Source of the DNA: Chloroflexota bacterium
Lineage (GTDB): Bacteria; Chloroflexota; Anaerolineae; JAAYZQ01
Reading direction: 5' to 3'
NCBI GenBank assembly: GCA_018606645.1
Contig: JAGVRI010000005.1
Location: 50,629 to 114,628, forward strand
Length of the DNA stretch: 64,000 bases
Below, one piece after another: positions 39,364 through 48,928 of this stretch; positions within the stretch are counted from its first letter, which is position 1; every line of letters begins with the position of its first letter. Below the pieces are notes generated by a model, which did no database searches, was not told where the DNA came from, and saw only the letters and a list, made by a program, of their open reading frames with translations. Both the position numbers and the translations under genes were made by a program.

Positions 39364-41043
39364 TTACCGCCGGATCAGGCTGATGAGCAGGACCAGCACG
39401 GCGATGGCCGATAATACGTACGTGACCACGCCAGCTCCCTGGGTGATATAGACGGCGACGGCCGCCAGGCCCAGGGTGGCAAAGAGGATCATCCCGGTCA
39501 AGCGATGGATGGCCGTCTCGATCCGGTGGAGAGCATGCATGGCTTCGGGAGGCCAGGAAGAGCGAACGGTGAGTTCGCCGGCAGCGGCTTGGCTGAGGAC
39601 GCGATCGACCCGGACCGGCAGGGAAAAGATGAGCCGGATGGCCTTTTCCAATTCATCCAGCAGCCCACGCCAGCCCAGCCCGGCCTCCTCGGCAGCCATC
39701 TGCCGGGCAAATGGCTCAATCGCCTGCCAGGGGTCAAAATCAGGGTCCAATGTGGTGGCCATTCCAAATAGAATCGCGATGGCCCGACCCACGAAGAGCA
39801 AGTCCGTGGGCAACTGAAAGGGCATCTCGTAGAGGATGTCCCGATATTCCCGGGCCAGACTCTGCCACTCACTCATCGCCCGCTGTTGTACCTGGCGGAG
39901 GGTCAGGCCCGCGTAGCGTTCCAGGATCTCGGCTTCCACCTGTTCCAGGCGGGCCAGGTCAGCGCCTGGCAATAGCACCCCTGCCCCTTGATACGCACGG
40001 ACCATCCGGCCCGCATCCCGCGCAGCAAAGCCCAGAAGATAATCCCGCAGGTGGCGACGCACCCGCTCAGGAATGGTAGCCACCATCCCAAAATCCACAA
40101 ACACTAATCGAAAGGGAGTGGGCCGGTCGGAGGCGGGCGACAGAGGTTCGACGAACAGGTTGCCTGGGTGGGGATCGGCATGGACAAAATTGTGAATGAA
40201 TACCTGCTTCAGGTAGGTATCAAACAGTCGGCGGGCGACCTCTTTTCGGTCAATGCCGGACTGAGCCATCGCCTCAAAATCGGTGATCTTGATGCTGGCC
40301 ACATTCTCCATGATTAACACCCGGCGGGTGGATAACTCGCGATAGACCTGGGGAATGCGAACCCCGGCATCTCCGGCAAAATCCGAAGCAAAGCGCTCCG
40401 CATGGCGGCTCTCGGCGATGAAATCCAGTTCATTCCGGGTCGTGCGACTGAACTCATCAAACAGGAGGTCGAGATCCACCCGACGGCGGACAGGTCGGTA
40501 GCGTTTGAGCCAGCGAGTCGCCGTCTGGATGGCCCGAAGATCGGTTTCGACAACGCTCTCGATCTGCGGGCGCTGGACCTTGACTACTACCTCTTGTCGA
40601 GTGAGCAATTGAGCGCGGTGAACCTGCGCCAGGGAAGCAGCCGCCTCCGGGTCTGGAGAAAACCAACTGAAGATGTGATGAAGCGGTCGGCCATATTCGG
40701 CCTCAATCACCGCTTGAATGTCGGCCAGACTCTCGGCAGGAACTTCATCCTGCAAGCCGGATAGCTCTGAGGTCACCACGGTGGGCAATACATCCACCCG
40801 AACGCTCAGGAATTGTCCGAGCTTGATCAGCACCCCGCCCAATTCAGTCGCCAGGGCCCGATAGCGGCGGGCGATCCGTTGCCAGCGCAAAGCGAACGAG
40901 CGCTCCACGACCCCCCGTCCCAGCAGGTGACGCAGGAGGATCTCCCACACGATAAAATGGAGAAACACGCCGGCAAAATAGCGGACCACCCGTCGGTAAC
41001 GAGCCCGCTGGATGGTTGCCTTGGGCGCTGTTGGATGGGGCAT
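39364..41043 (-). CDS. AarF/UbiB (ABC1) family kinase-like protein
   Basis: IKLGQ, AAASLAQVH, VVVKVQRP, HADPHPGN, DFGM. Confidence 0.93.
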   Translation of the reverse strand: MPHPTAPKATIQRARYRRVVRYFAGVFLHFIVWEILLRHLLGRGVVERSFALRWQRIARRYRALATELGGVLIKLGQFLSVRVDVLPTVVTSELSGLQDEVPAESLADIQAVIEAEYGRPLHHIFSWFSPDPEAAASLAQVHRAQLLTRQEVVVKVQRPQIESVVETDLRAIQTATRWLKRYRPVRRRVDLDLLFDEFSRTTRNELDFIAESRHAERFASDFAGDAGVRIPQVYRELSTRRVLIMENVASIKITDFEAMAQSGIDRKEVARRLFDTYLKQVFIHNFVHADPHPGNLFVEPLSPASDRPTPFRLVFVDFGMVATIPERVRRHLRDYLLGFAARDAGRMVRAYQGAGVLLPGADLARLEQVEAEILERYAGLTLRQVQQRAMSEWQSLAREYRDILYEMPFQLPTDLLFVGRAIAILFGMATTLDPDFDPWQAIEPFARQMAAEEAGLGWRGLLDELEKAIRLIFSLPVRVDRVLSQAAAGELTVRSSWPPEAMHALHRIETAIHRLTGMILFATLGLAAVAVYITQGAGVVTYVLSAIAVLVLLISLIRR

Positions 41044-41092
41044 GAGTCACCGTTCTGCAGGAGTGCGCGTCATTCGGGCGGCAGTGGTCTGG

Positions 41093-41566
41093 TCATTCGG
41101 TAATGTCGGCGATCTGACCACGCACGGCGCGGATCAGGTCTTCAGTGGCCAATTCCAGGCCGGCGTCGTGCCGTCCGGCGCTGATGCTCACCCGGGGCTC
41201 CTCCAATATATGATGATCCACGTAGATCGGCACATCCGGGCGGCGCAGGCCAAGGGGAGCCACTGCGCCAATCTGATAGCCGGTGATACGCGGGACATCT
41301 GCTTCCGGCGCCATCTCCAACGTCTTCACGCCCACAATTCGGGCCAGTTTCTTCAGGCTGAGGCGCTGATCGCCCCGCACCAGAGCCAGGACATGGCGCT
41401 TGTCTGGTCGGACGACTAATAACGTTTTGACCACCTGCCGGATCGGCACCCCCCGTTCAGCGGCAGCTTCCTCCACATTCCTGGCCTTGTGGGCGTGGAG
41501 GATCGTTCTGTATGGAATCCCCAATTCATCCAGGGCGCGGATGGCATGCGTTCGGATTTTGTCCAT
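41093..41566 (-). CDS. ybaK: YbaK/EbsC aminoacyl-tRNA deacylase
   Basis: VVKTL, LSLKKLA, TGYQIGAVAPLG, SAG. Confidence 0.85.
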   Translation of the reverse strand: MDKIRTHAIRALDELGIPYRTILHAHKARNVEEAAAERGVPIRQVVKTLLVVRPDKRHVLALVRGDQRLSLKKLARIVGVKTLEMAPEADVPRITGYQIGAVAPLGLRRPDVPIYVDHHILEEPRVSISAGRHDAGLELATEDLIRAVRGQIADITE

Positions 41567-41593
41567 GGTACCGATTCCGAGATAAATCGTCCC

Positions 41594-44224
41594 CTATCGT
41601 TGCGCGTTGGTGTGGTTCGTCCTGGCACTCTTCTGGGCCAGGAACCGGGCCACAAAGGCCTTTTCCTCCTCCTCGGTATGGATTTCGCCATCGAGGCGTG
41701 CATCGCGCAGCGCACCAAGCACCTGGCTAAAGAGAGGCGAAGGTTTCAATCCCAGGCTCTTGAGGTATTCTCCGTCCACCACCGGTTGTACATGGCGCAA
41801 CTCCGTTTCATAGCGCCATAGTCGTTCCTGGACTCGCGGCGATGTCGTGCAAAGCCATTGGATCAAGACAGCCGAGGTGGAAAAGTGGCGAAGCAGGGCA
41901 TAGATCTCCCGGTTGGCAAGGTGAGGTTGATCCAGTTTCTCCTCCCGATCTCGCAGATCGAAAACCTGGCGAAGCAGCGTTAGATCGCTTCGGTAGATCT
42001 TCAGGCGATGGATCAACGTCTCCAATTCCGCCCGGCTTAGATGGTAGACCAGCAACGCCAAATAGAGGCCCGGCGGCGGGCGTCCGTTGCTGGTGGATGA
42101 GATCTCCCACCCGCCGCTGGCGATCGCCCGACGCAGTCGGCTAAACCGTTCCCGTGTCTCCTCCGTACAGAACAGACGGGGATGGATCTGGGTCAAAACC
42201 TTCAGGGCATCGAGTCGAAACAGGGCACGCTCGGGTTCTGGTTCGGACAGGATCAAATACAGCTCATGGCGGATCCGCTCCCCCGAGACGCGGGAAAGCA
42301 TCGGCAATGCGTTGTCAATCAACTCAGCCGTACGGGGTTCGATGACAAACCCCAGGCGCTGCTCAAAGCGGACGGCGCGCATAATCCGGGTGGGATCCTC
42401 GATGAAACTCAGGCTGTGCAGCACCCGGATCACGCCCTCCCTCAGGTCCTGCTCACCGCCGTAAAAGTCCAACAGCTCCCCGTAATGATCCGAATCCAGT
42501 CGGATGGCCAGGGTATTGATCGTAAAGTCCCGGCGATGGAGATCGGCCTTGATCGAACTCCGTTCCACTTCCGGCAAGGCAGCCGAGTGAGCATAGAACT
42601 CCATCCGGGCGGTGGCGAAATCAAGGGACGACACACCAAACTCGTCTTCGCGGCCTTCGAGAACGATCTTGGCGGTGCCAAACTGTCGGTGGCTTCGAGT
42701 GCGCGCTCCCACCCGTCGGGCCACACGCCGAGCCAGTTCGATGGCATCGCCTTCGACGACCAGGTCCATGTCCAGAGTCGGCTGACCCAGCAACAGATCG
42801 CGGACAAACCCGCCCACCACATACAACGGATACCCCATCTCCTGGGCCAGTGCGCTGGCTTGCTGGAGTAGATTCAACAGCGGACCAGGGAGAGCCTCTT
42901 CGATCTTTTGAGTAATTTCCCGCCGGCGCGAGGGCCGGTAGGGTTCTGCCGCCCATAGCTTGATCAGGTCGGTGCGGGTCACCACACCGATGATCTCGTC
43001 ATCCTGGACGACCGGTACCTGACCCACGCCATAGCGGGTCATCACCTGTTGGAGTCGCTCCAACGAATCGGTGGGCAGGACATGAATGTTCCCCTTGGTC
43101 ATGTAATGACTGACCGGCATGTGGCCCAGTCGCAAACGTGCGGCGCGGTCGATCTCGCGACGGGAGAGGATGCCCACGATCTTGCCGGCGTTATCCACCA
43201 CCGGGAACCCCTCAAATCCATAGCGGAGCATCGCCTCCATCGCCTCGTCGACCGTGGTGTCCGGCGAGAGGGTATGGACGCCGTAGGACATAATCTGAGC
43301 CACTGTCTGAGTCGGACGAATATGCTGCGCCAAGATTTCCAGGAGCTCCTGCCGAACGGTCTCCAAATCCATGTCGCGGATCAAGGCCGCAGCCGCCCGC
43401 GTGTGCCCTCCTCCTCCAAAATGACCGGCGATTTGGCCGACGTCTATGGTGTCGGTCGTCGAGCGAGCGACCATCTGCAAATACTCGCCCAGGTCCACCA
43501 ACAGGAACAGACAGGATGGATCATACAGGTCTCGGATCTTGTGGGCCAGAGTGGAAATCTCTTCCACATACCCCTCGGCCACCGCCGAGGCGATCACGAT
43601 GGTATGTCCGGCCAACTCAAACACCTCGGCGCTGTCGAGTAACGTGTTGTAGAGATTCAGTTGCTGGTCTGTGAGCGGATAGTACAAAAAATCGCTGACC
43701 ACCGCCAGATTCGCGCCATTTTCGATCAGCCACGCCGTGCAGCGCAGATCGCGGGCGGTGGTGGTGGGATAGATCAGTGAACCGGTATCTTCATAGACGC
43801 CCAACGTCAACAGAGTCGCCTCTACTGGTGTTAGTGAAATCCGGTTCTCCACGATCTGCTCCACCAGCAGGGTCACCGTGGCACCTACCGCCTCGCCGGT
43901 ATAGCTCCAATGGGGTGGTAGATCGCGGCCCAGAGGATGGTGATCGATGATCTGGACGATGGTATTCTCGGTCATGCCTTTGGGCGTGACCAACGTCTGG
44001 GTATCGACCAGCGTCACCCGCTCCACCTCCACCCGGCGCGGCAAGTCTTCATACCGGATATACGGCAGTTCATCCCAATACAGGGTCAAGAAATCCCGAA
44101 GATTGCGATTCACGCGGCGAGACAGCACCGGCTTGGCCTGGGGATAGAGTTTCCAGGCAGCCAGTTGCGAGGCCAGGCCATCGAAATCGGTGTTTTCGTG
44201 GGTCAGTATCAGATGCACCCCCAT
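41594..44224 (-). CDS. tRNA nucleotidyltransferase (CCA/A-adding) with DHH, DHHA1 and tandem CBS domains
   Basis: HENTDFD, IDHH, GGGGH, CBS pair, VGGFVRD..DMD, RRDFTIN, EDPTRIMRAVRF. Confidence 0.92.
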   Translation of the reverse strand: MGVHLILTHENTDFDGLASQLAAWKLYPQAKPVLSRRVNRNLRDFLTLYWDELPYIRYEDLPRRVEVERVTLVDTQTLVTPKGMTENTIVQIIDHHPLGRDLPPHWSYTGEAVGATVTLLVEQIVENRISLTPVEATLLTLGVYEDTGSLIYPTTTARDLRCTAWLIENGANLAVVSDFLYYPLTDQQLNLYNTLLDSAEVFELAGHTIVIASAVAEGYVEEISTLAHKIRDLYDPSCLFLLVDLGEYLQMVARSTTDTIDVGQIAGHFGGGGHTRAAAALIRDMDLETVRQELLEILAQHIRPTQTVAQIMSYGVHTLSPDTTVDEAMEAMLRYGFEGFPVVDNAGKIVGILSRREIDRAARLRLGHMPVSHYMTKGNIHVLPTDSLERLQQVMTRYGVGQVPVVQDDEIIGVVTRTDLIKLWAAEPYRPSRRREITQKIEEALPGPLLNLLQQASALAQEMGYPLYVVGGFVRDLLLGQPTLDMDLVVEGDAIELARRVARRVGARTRSHRQFGTAKIVLEGREDEFGVSSLDFATARMEFYAHSAALPEVERSSIKADLHRRDFTINTLAIRLDSDHYGELLDFYGGEQDLREGVIRVLHSLSFIEDPTRIMRAVRFEQRLGFVIEPRTAELIDNALPMLSRVSGERIRHELYLILSEPEPERALFRLDALKVLTQIHPRLFCTEETRERFSRLRRAIASGGWEISSTSNGRPPPGLYLALLVYHLSRAELETLIHRLKIYRSDLTLLRQVFDLRDREEKLDQPHLANREIYALLRHFSTSAVLIQWLCTTSPRVQERLWRYETELRHVQPVVDGEYLKSLGLKPSPLFSQVLGALRDARLDGEIHTEEEEKAFVARFLAQKSARTNHTNAQR

Positions 44225-44242
44225 GAACCCTCCAGCAATCGG

Positions 44243-44271
44243 ATTATACCATTAAGAGCACCGGGGGGCAA
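44243..44271 (-). promoter_or_regulatory. Sigma70 promoter for the nucleotidyltransferase operon
   Basis: Minus strand TTGCCC-17nt-TATAAT with extended -10 TG. Confidence 0.65.
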
Positions 44272-44705
44272 TCAGAGCTTGGGAAGCGTCACCGGTTGGG
44301 GGTCTCGCCATTTGATGCGTGAAGGAATGGCTCTCGCTGGCGAAAACTGACTTAACAATGGTTCTTGCCGCCGGTCCGGCAGCGTTTGGCCGAGAAGTGG
44401 CTACGGTCTGTGGCGAAGCTGGCGACCCAAGCGATTCTGGCTAGCCAGTCGCCACAAAGCCTCCTCGGCCTCCGGCTACAAACTGACTGCCTGGGCGGTC
44501 GCTCCCTCGCTCCACCCCTCCACGGCCTTCAATGGCTGGTCCAGAGGGAAAACCCCCGCGCCGCAACCGTCACAGGTGAAGTAGGCTCTTCGAACGTCGA
44601 ATTGCAGATTCCTGGGCCATTCTTTCCCCTCCCATCAGCCATTTCCCCCTATTCTACCTCACCCGACAAGTTTGGGACGCACCCGTTCGGTGTGCGACAG
44701 CCTAT

Positions 44706-44735
44706 TTGACAAATCCATACCCCGCTCGTTATAAT
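44706..44735 (+). promoter_or_regulatory. Sigma70 promoter of the glycan operon
   Basis: TTGACA-18nt-TATAAT. Confidence 0.75.
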
Positions 44736-44773
44736 TTGTATATCATATCTCTTCTTCACAGGGAATGGCATAG

Positions 44774-46129
44774 GTGCACAATGAAGGCGATGCCGATCTC
44801 GTGGTTCTCGGCGGCGGCCTGGCTGGTCTGACCTTCGCTTGGGAAGCGGGTCATCGTGGCCGGCAGGTTTCCATTCTGGAGTGTCAACCGCAGGTCGGCG
44901 GGTTGGCCCGGACGTTGGTCTTCAACGGCTACCGTTTCGATCTGGGCGGCCACCGTTTTGTGAGCGCCTGGCCGGAGGTCACCCAGTGGGTGCAAGAAGT
45001 GATGGCCGACGACCTGGTGTCAGTAGTTCGACGCAGCCGTATCCATTTGGGTGGACGGTATGTCGATTATCCCCTGCAGTTCCCCAATGCGTTCACTGCG
45101 TTCAGCTTCCCCCAGGCCATCCGCATCCTGGCCAGCTATCTGTACGCTTCCCTGCGACGGAACGATCAGCCCGATATCTCGTTCGAAGATTGGGTGGTGC
45201 GTCGTTTCGGGCGAGGGCTGTACGACATCTACTTCCGCCCCTACACTGAGAAGGTATGGGGCATACCCTGCGCTGAATTGTCGGCGGACTGGGCCAGTCA
45301 ACGCATCCAGTTGCCCAGCCTGACGGCTGCGGTCCGCAGCAGCCTCTTCCGCCAGCAGTCCCCTCCGGCCACTCTCGTCTCGCGTTTCCTCTACCCCACC
45401 CTGGGCATCGGCTCGTTGCCGGAACGGATCGTTGCTCAGGCCCAGGCCACTGGTCGCGTCACCCTCCATCTAAACAGTACCGTTGAACGCCTGGAGCCGG
45501 ATGGCAGGGCGTGGCGCGTCTACTACCGGCAGGATGGTCAGGAGAGTACAATCGCTGGACGGCAAGTCATCTCCACCATTCCCCTGGACACGCTCGTGCG
45601 CGCGTTGCCGCTGGGCGATGGCGTCGCCGAACTCAGCCGCGCGCTGGCCTACCGGGGAATCATTTGCGTCCTGTTAGCCGTAGACGGCCCCCGGATCAGC
45701 CAGGATACCTGGACCTACTTCCCGGATCACCGCCTGATCTTTGGTCGCATCCATGAACCAGTGAACTGGAGCCGCCTGATGGCTCCGCCGGGCAAGACCT
45801 CGCTCTGCCTGGAGATCTTTTCTTCGGAAGGCGATGGCGTCTGGCAGGAAACTGACGAGCGGTTGGTGGATTGCGCTCTGGCAGACCTGAACCGGCTGAG
45901 GTTATTGACCCCGGACCGCGTCGAGGCAGCGTGGGTGACGCGGGTGACCCATGCCTACCCTATCTACCGGGTGGGCTACGCCCGGGTCCTGCGCCAGGCG
46001 CGAGAATTGATCGCCCGCTGGCCCACGCTGCACCTGTTGGGACGCACCGGCGAGTTCGAGTACCTGAACATGGACGCGGTGATCCTTCGAGCATTGCGCC
46101 TGGCGGATCGATTGGCCGATGATCGCTGA
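44774..46129 (+). CDS. FAD-dependent oxidoreductase (UDP-galactopyranose mutase/HemY-like, glycan-locus type)
   Basis: GGGLAG, VGGLART, FDLGGHRF, YTEKVWG, AYP, GRTGEFEYLNMD. Confidence 0.82.
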   Translation: MHNEGDADLVVLGGGLAGLTFAWEAGHRGRQVSILECQPQVGGLARTLVFNGYRFDLGGHRFVSAWPEVTQWVQEVMADDLVSVVRRSRIHLGGRYVDYPLQFPNAFTAFSFPQAIRILASYLYASLRRNDQPDISFEDWVVRRFGRGLYDIYFRPYTEKVWGIPCAELSADWASQRIQLPSLTAAVRSSLFRQQSPPATLVSRFLYPTLGIGSLPERIVAQAQATGRVTLHLNSTVERLEPDGRAWRVYYRQDGQESTIAGRQVISTIPLDTLVRALPLGDGVAELSRALAYRGIICVLLAVDGPRISQDTWTYFPDHRLIFGRIHEPVNWSRLMAPPGKTSLCLEIFSSEGDGVWQETDERLVDCALADLNRLRLLTPDRVEAAWVTRVTHAYPIYRVGYARVLRQARELIARWPTLHLLGRTGEFEYLNMDAVILRALRLADRLADDR

Positions 46130-47570
46130 AACGCAGATCGCCCTGCGTAACTCCGGCTGGGTGCTCGCCCAGCAGGCAGCCCAGATGGTCAGCGGCCTGT
46201 TGTTTGCCATGTTGGTGGTGCGACTGATGGGGCCGGAGATGTACGGGCGTTATGCCGTCTTGACCGCCCTGCTGGTCTGGTTCTTTCTCCTCGGCGGGTT
46301 GGGCTTTAACCAGGTGATCGCCCGCTATGTGCCAGAGTATCGCCTCGCCGACGATGCAGACGGACTGGCCCGTTTCCTGGGCGGTGTGTTAGGCATCCGC
46401 CTGCTGAGCGCCGTCGGGGCTGCTGCCGTGTATCTCACCCTGACTCGACTCTGGTTGCGCGACCTGGACCCGGTGACACTGATGCTGATGGCCGGTGCGC
46501 TGTGCCTGCGCTGTATTTCCCAGTTCTTTTACTCCCTGTTTTTGGGACTTAACCGCGCCGGGCGGTGGGGCATGAATCAGGTTCTCCGCGAATGGGTGAC
46601 GCTGGGGCTCATTATCCCTGGCGTGCGCTGGCTGGGCCTGCGCGGTGCGGGCTGGGCGTTGCTGGGTACAGAGATCATAGTGTTGTTCGTAGCCCTGGTC
46701 TGGGCGCGCTCGCATCTGTGCGGCCTGCGCCTGGGTCTAAATGCGTCGGCCCATCTGCGCTTTGCACTGATCTTCTTTGCCGGCAGTGTGCTCTTGACCG
46801 CTTTTCAATACAGCGGCGAACCCCTGGTGCGCGCCCTGTCGCTCGACTACACCCAGGTGGCCTATTTCGGGCTGGCGTACAATATTTACCTGACTATTTC
46901 GGCGGCGATGGGGCAATTGACCCACTCCTTCGTGCCGTGGTGGACGGCGCTATGGACGCGGGGTCACAGCCAGGACCTCCAGGTGTGGGTTGAGCGGCTG
47001 GTCAAGTGGCTGGCCATTGGCGGCGTAGCGATGGTGATGGGCGTGTCATTCCTGGGCGAGGAGGCCGTCGTTCTGGTCTTTGGCGCGGCCTATCGCCCGG
47101 TCGCCGTCCACCTGATCCCATTGGCGCTGGCTACGGTGGCCCTGGCGTTGAGCTATGTTGCCTACACGCTGACAGCGGTGTGCGAAAGGCCCGAGGTGGC
47201 ATGGTGGGCATCGGCCCTGCGGGCGGCCAGTTTTTGGGCGCTGGGCATCCCGCTGATCGCCTGGAAGGGCAGCCTGGGTGGGTGCATCGCCGTCCTGGCG
47301 GCCGTGTCGCTGCACGCTGCCTACCTCACCATAGAGATGCGCCGGGCGGCGCTGCCATATTCACTGCGCCCTTGGGGGCTGGCGGTCGCCCTGGGCGCGA
47401 TCTTTTGGCCGCTGGGCTGGCTGCGCGTCTCATGGACCGTCCGCGCGGTGCTGTGTGGCGCCGCCCTGATCGGGTACGCCGGTCTACTCCTGGCGGTGCG
47501 ACTGGTCACACCGGTCGAGCTGCGCACCGTCTGGCAAACCGTTCGCAGAAGAGAGGAGGGAGGCGCATGA
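46119..47570 (+). CDS. Wzx-like polysaccharide flippase (MOP superfamily)
   Basis: RLMGPEMYG motif; many hydrophobic helices. Confidence 0.8.
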   Translation: MIAETQIALRNSGWVLAQQAAQMVSGLLFAMLVVRLMGPEMYGRYAVLTALLVWFFLLGGLGFNQVIARYVPEYRLADDADGLARFLGGVLGIRLLSAVGAAAVYLTLTRLWLRDLDPVTLMLMAGALCLRCISQFFYSLFLGLNRAGRWGMNQVLREWVTLGLIIPGVRWLGLRGAGWALLGTEIIVLFVALVWARSHLCGLRLGLNASAHLRFALIFFAGSVLLTAFQYSGEPLVRALSLDYTQVAYFGLAYNIYLTISAAMGQLTHSFVPWWTALWTRGHSQDLQVWVERLVKWLAIGGVAMVMGVSFLGEEAVVLVFGAAYRPVAVHLIPLALATVALALSYVAYTLTAVCERPEVAWWASALRAASFWALGIPLIAWKGSLGGCIAVLAAVSLHAAYLTIEMRRAALPYSLRPWGLAVALGAIFWPLGWLRVSWTVRAVLCGAALIGYAGLLLAVRLVTPVELRTVWQTVRRREEGGA

Positions 47571-48928
47571 TCGCGGCCCGTCTATATGGGAGTGTGTATC
47601 TGGCAGTTCACCTGCGCGGCCAGGCGGGGTACCCGTTCCGGCCGCTGGCGGCCATCGAACGCGATCGGGATCGTCGCGTGCGGGCGATGGTCGCCTATGC
47701 GTACCGTCTTGTGCCTTATTACCGCGAGACAATGGACCGCCTGGGCCTGCGCCCGGCCGATTTTCGCACTGCTGCTGACCTGGCCCGCCTCCCCATCCTG
47801 GAACGGGATCAGCTCCAGCGCGACCCGGAGTATTTTGTGTCCACCGCGCAACCGCTGGACCGCTACCTGCGGCTGCGCAGCGGCGGTAGCACTGGCGCGC
47901 CGCGCACCATCTACCACGACGTGCGGGCTTTGCTCCAGAATCGGGCGCACGCTGAACGGGAAAGCCCGATCATCGCCCGGTTTGTCGGCCGGCGCTGGGG
48001 CTACCGCATGGCATCTGTCGGCTCCCCGCTCAGTTCCGGACAGGAGATCGGCCGGTTTTTGGGCGCGCGATCCTTCACCCCGCCCAGCTTGAGGATTGAG
48101 CGCCAGGCCCTGTCGCTGTTCGACCCGCCCGAAGAGAATGTGCGCCGGATCAATGTGCTGCGGCCGGATATCCTGCACAGCTATGGCTCCTACCTGGAGG
48201 TCCTGTTCGGATACCTGCATGCTTCCGGTGAATCGTTTCACCGTCCGAAGCTGATCACGTACACCTCGGATGGCATGTCCGATTCGGTCAGGCGCCTGAT
48301 CGAACAGGAATTCCACATTCCGGTGCTGAGCACCTACCAGGCTATCGAGGCGCTTCGGATCGCGTTTGAGTGTGAGCAGCACCTGGGCCTGCATCTGAAC
48401 GTGGACCTGTACCCGCTGCGCATCGTGGATGAGAACGGGCGGGATCGACCGCTCGGCGAGAGCGGCGACATCGTGATCTCGAACCTGGTCAACCGCGCCA
48501 CCGTGTTGCTCAACTATCGCCTGGGCGATGTGGCCACGCTGAGGGCGGACCGGTGTCCCTGCGGCCGGTCGCTGCCATTGCTCTCCTTCCCCGAAGGACG
48601 CAGCGATGACCTGATCCAACTACCCGGAGGCGGCGTGATGCATCCTCAGGCAATCCGTATTATCTTTACCCACGAGCCCCAGGTCTGGCAGTACCAGGTC
48701 ATGCAAGAGACGGCAACCCGCTTCCGTATCGCCATCGTCGCCTCCCCCTCCTGCGATCGCGCCCAGACGAGCGTCCGGGTGCGGGAGGGATTCATCCGCA
48801 CCTTTGGATCGGAGATTCAAGTGGAGATCGAGTTTGTGGATTCGATCCCCCGCACCCGGGGCGGCAAGGTGCGTCCGGTCCTCTCGCTGTGCCAACAGTC
48901 GGCGCTCTCCGGACAAGACCATGGTTAG
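47567..48928 (+). CDS. Phenylacetate-CoA ligase/CapK-like adenylate-forming enzyme
   Basis: VPYYR, RSGGSTGAP, YRLGD, CPCGR, EGRSDD, GKVR; ATGA overlap with wzx. Confidence 0.85.
   Translation: MIAARLYGSVYLAVHLRGQAGYPFRPLAAIERDRDRRVRAMVAYAYRLVPYYRETMDRLGLRPADFRTAADLARLPILERDQLQRDPEYFVSTAQPLDRYLRLRSGGSTGAPRTIYHDVRALLQNRAHAERESPIIARFVGRRWGYRMASVGSPLSSGQEIGRFLGARSFTPPSLRIERQALSLFDPPEENVRRINVLRPDILHSYGSYLEVLFGYLHASGESFHRPKLITYTSDGMSDSVRRLIEQEFHIPVLSTYQAIEALRIAFECEQHLGLHLNVDLYPLRIVDENGRDRPLGESGDIVISNLVNRATVLLNYRLGDVATLRADRCPCGRSLPLLSFPEGRSDDLIQLPGGGVMHPQAIRIIFTHEPQVWQYQVMQETATRFRIAIVASPSCDRAQTSVRVREGFIRTFGSEIQVEIEFVDSIPRTRGGKVRPVLSLCQQSALSGQDHG

Noticed and set aside
41594..44224. DHH-CBS-nucleotidyltransferase fusion as a novelty
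   Set aside because: A known and widespread architecture
47006..47566. N-terminal extension of the ligase ORF to 640 aa
   Set aside because: Overlaps the flippase; the real start is the ATG at 47567, with SD GGAGG and an ATGA overlap
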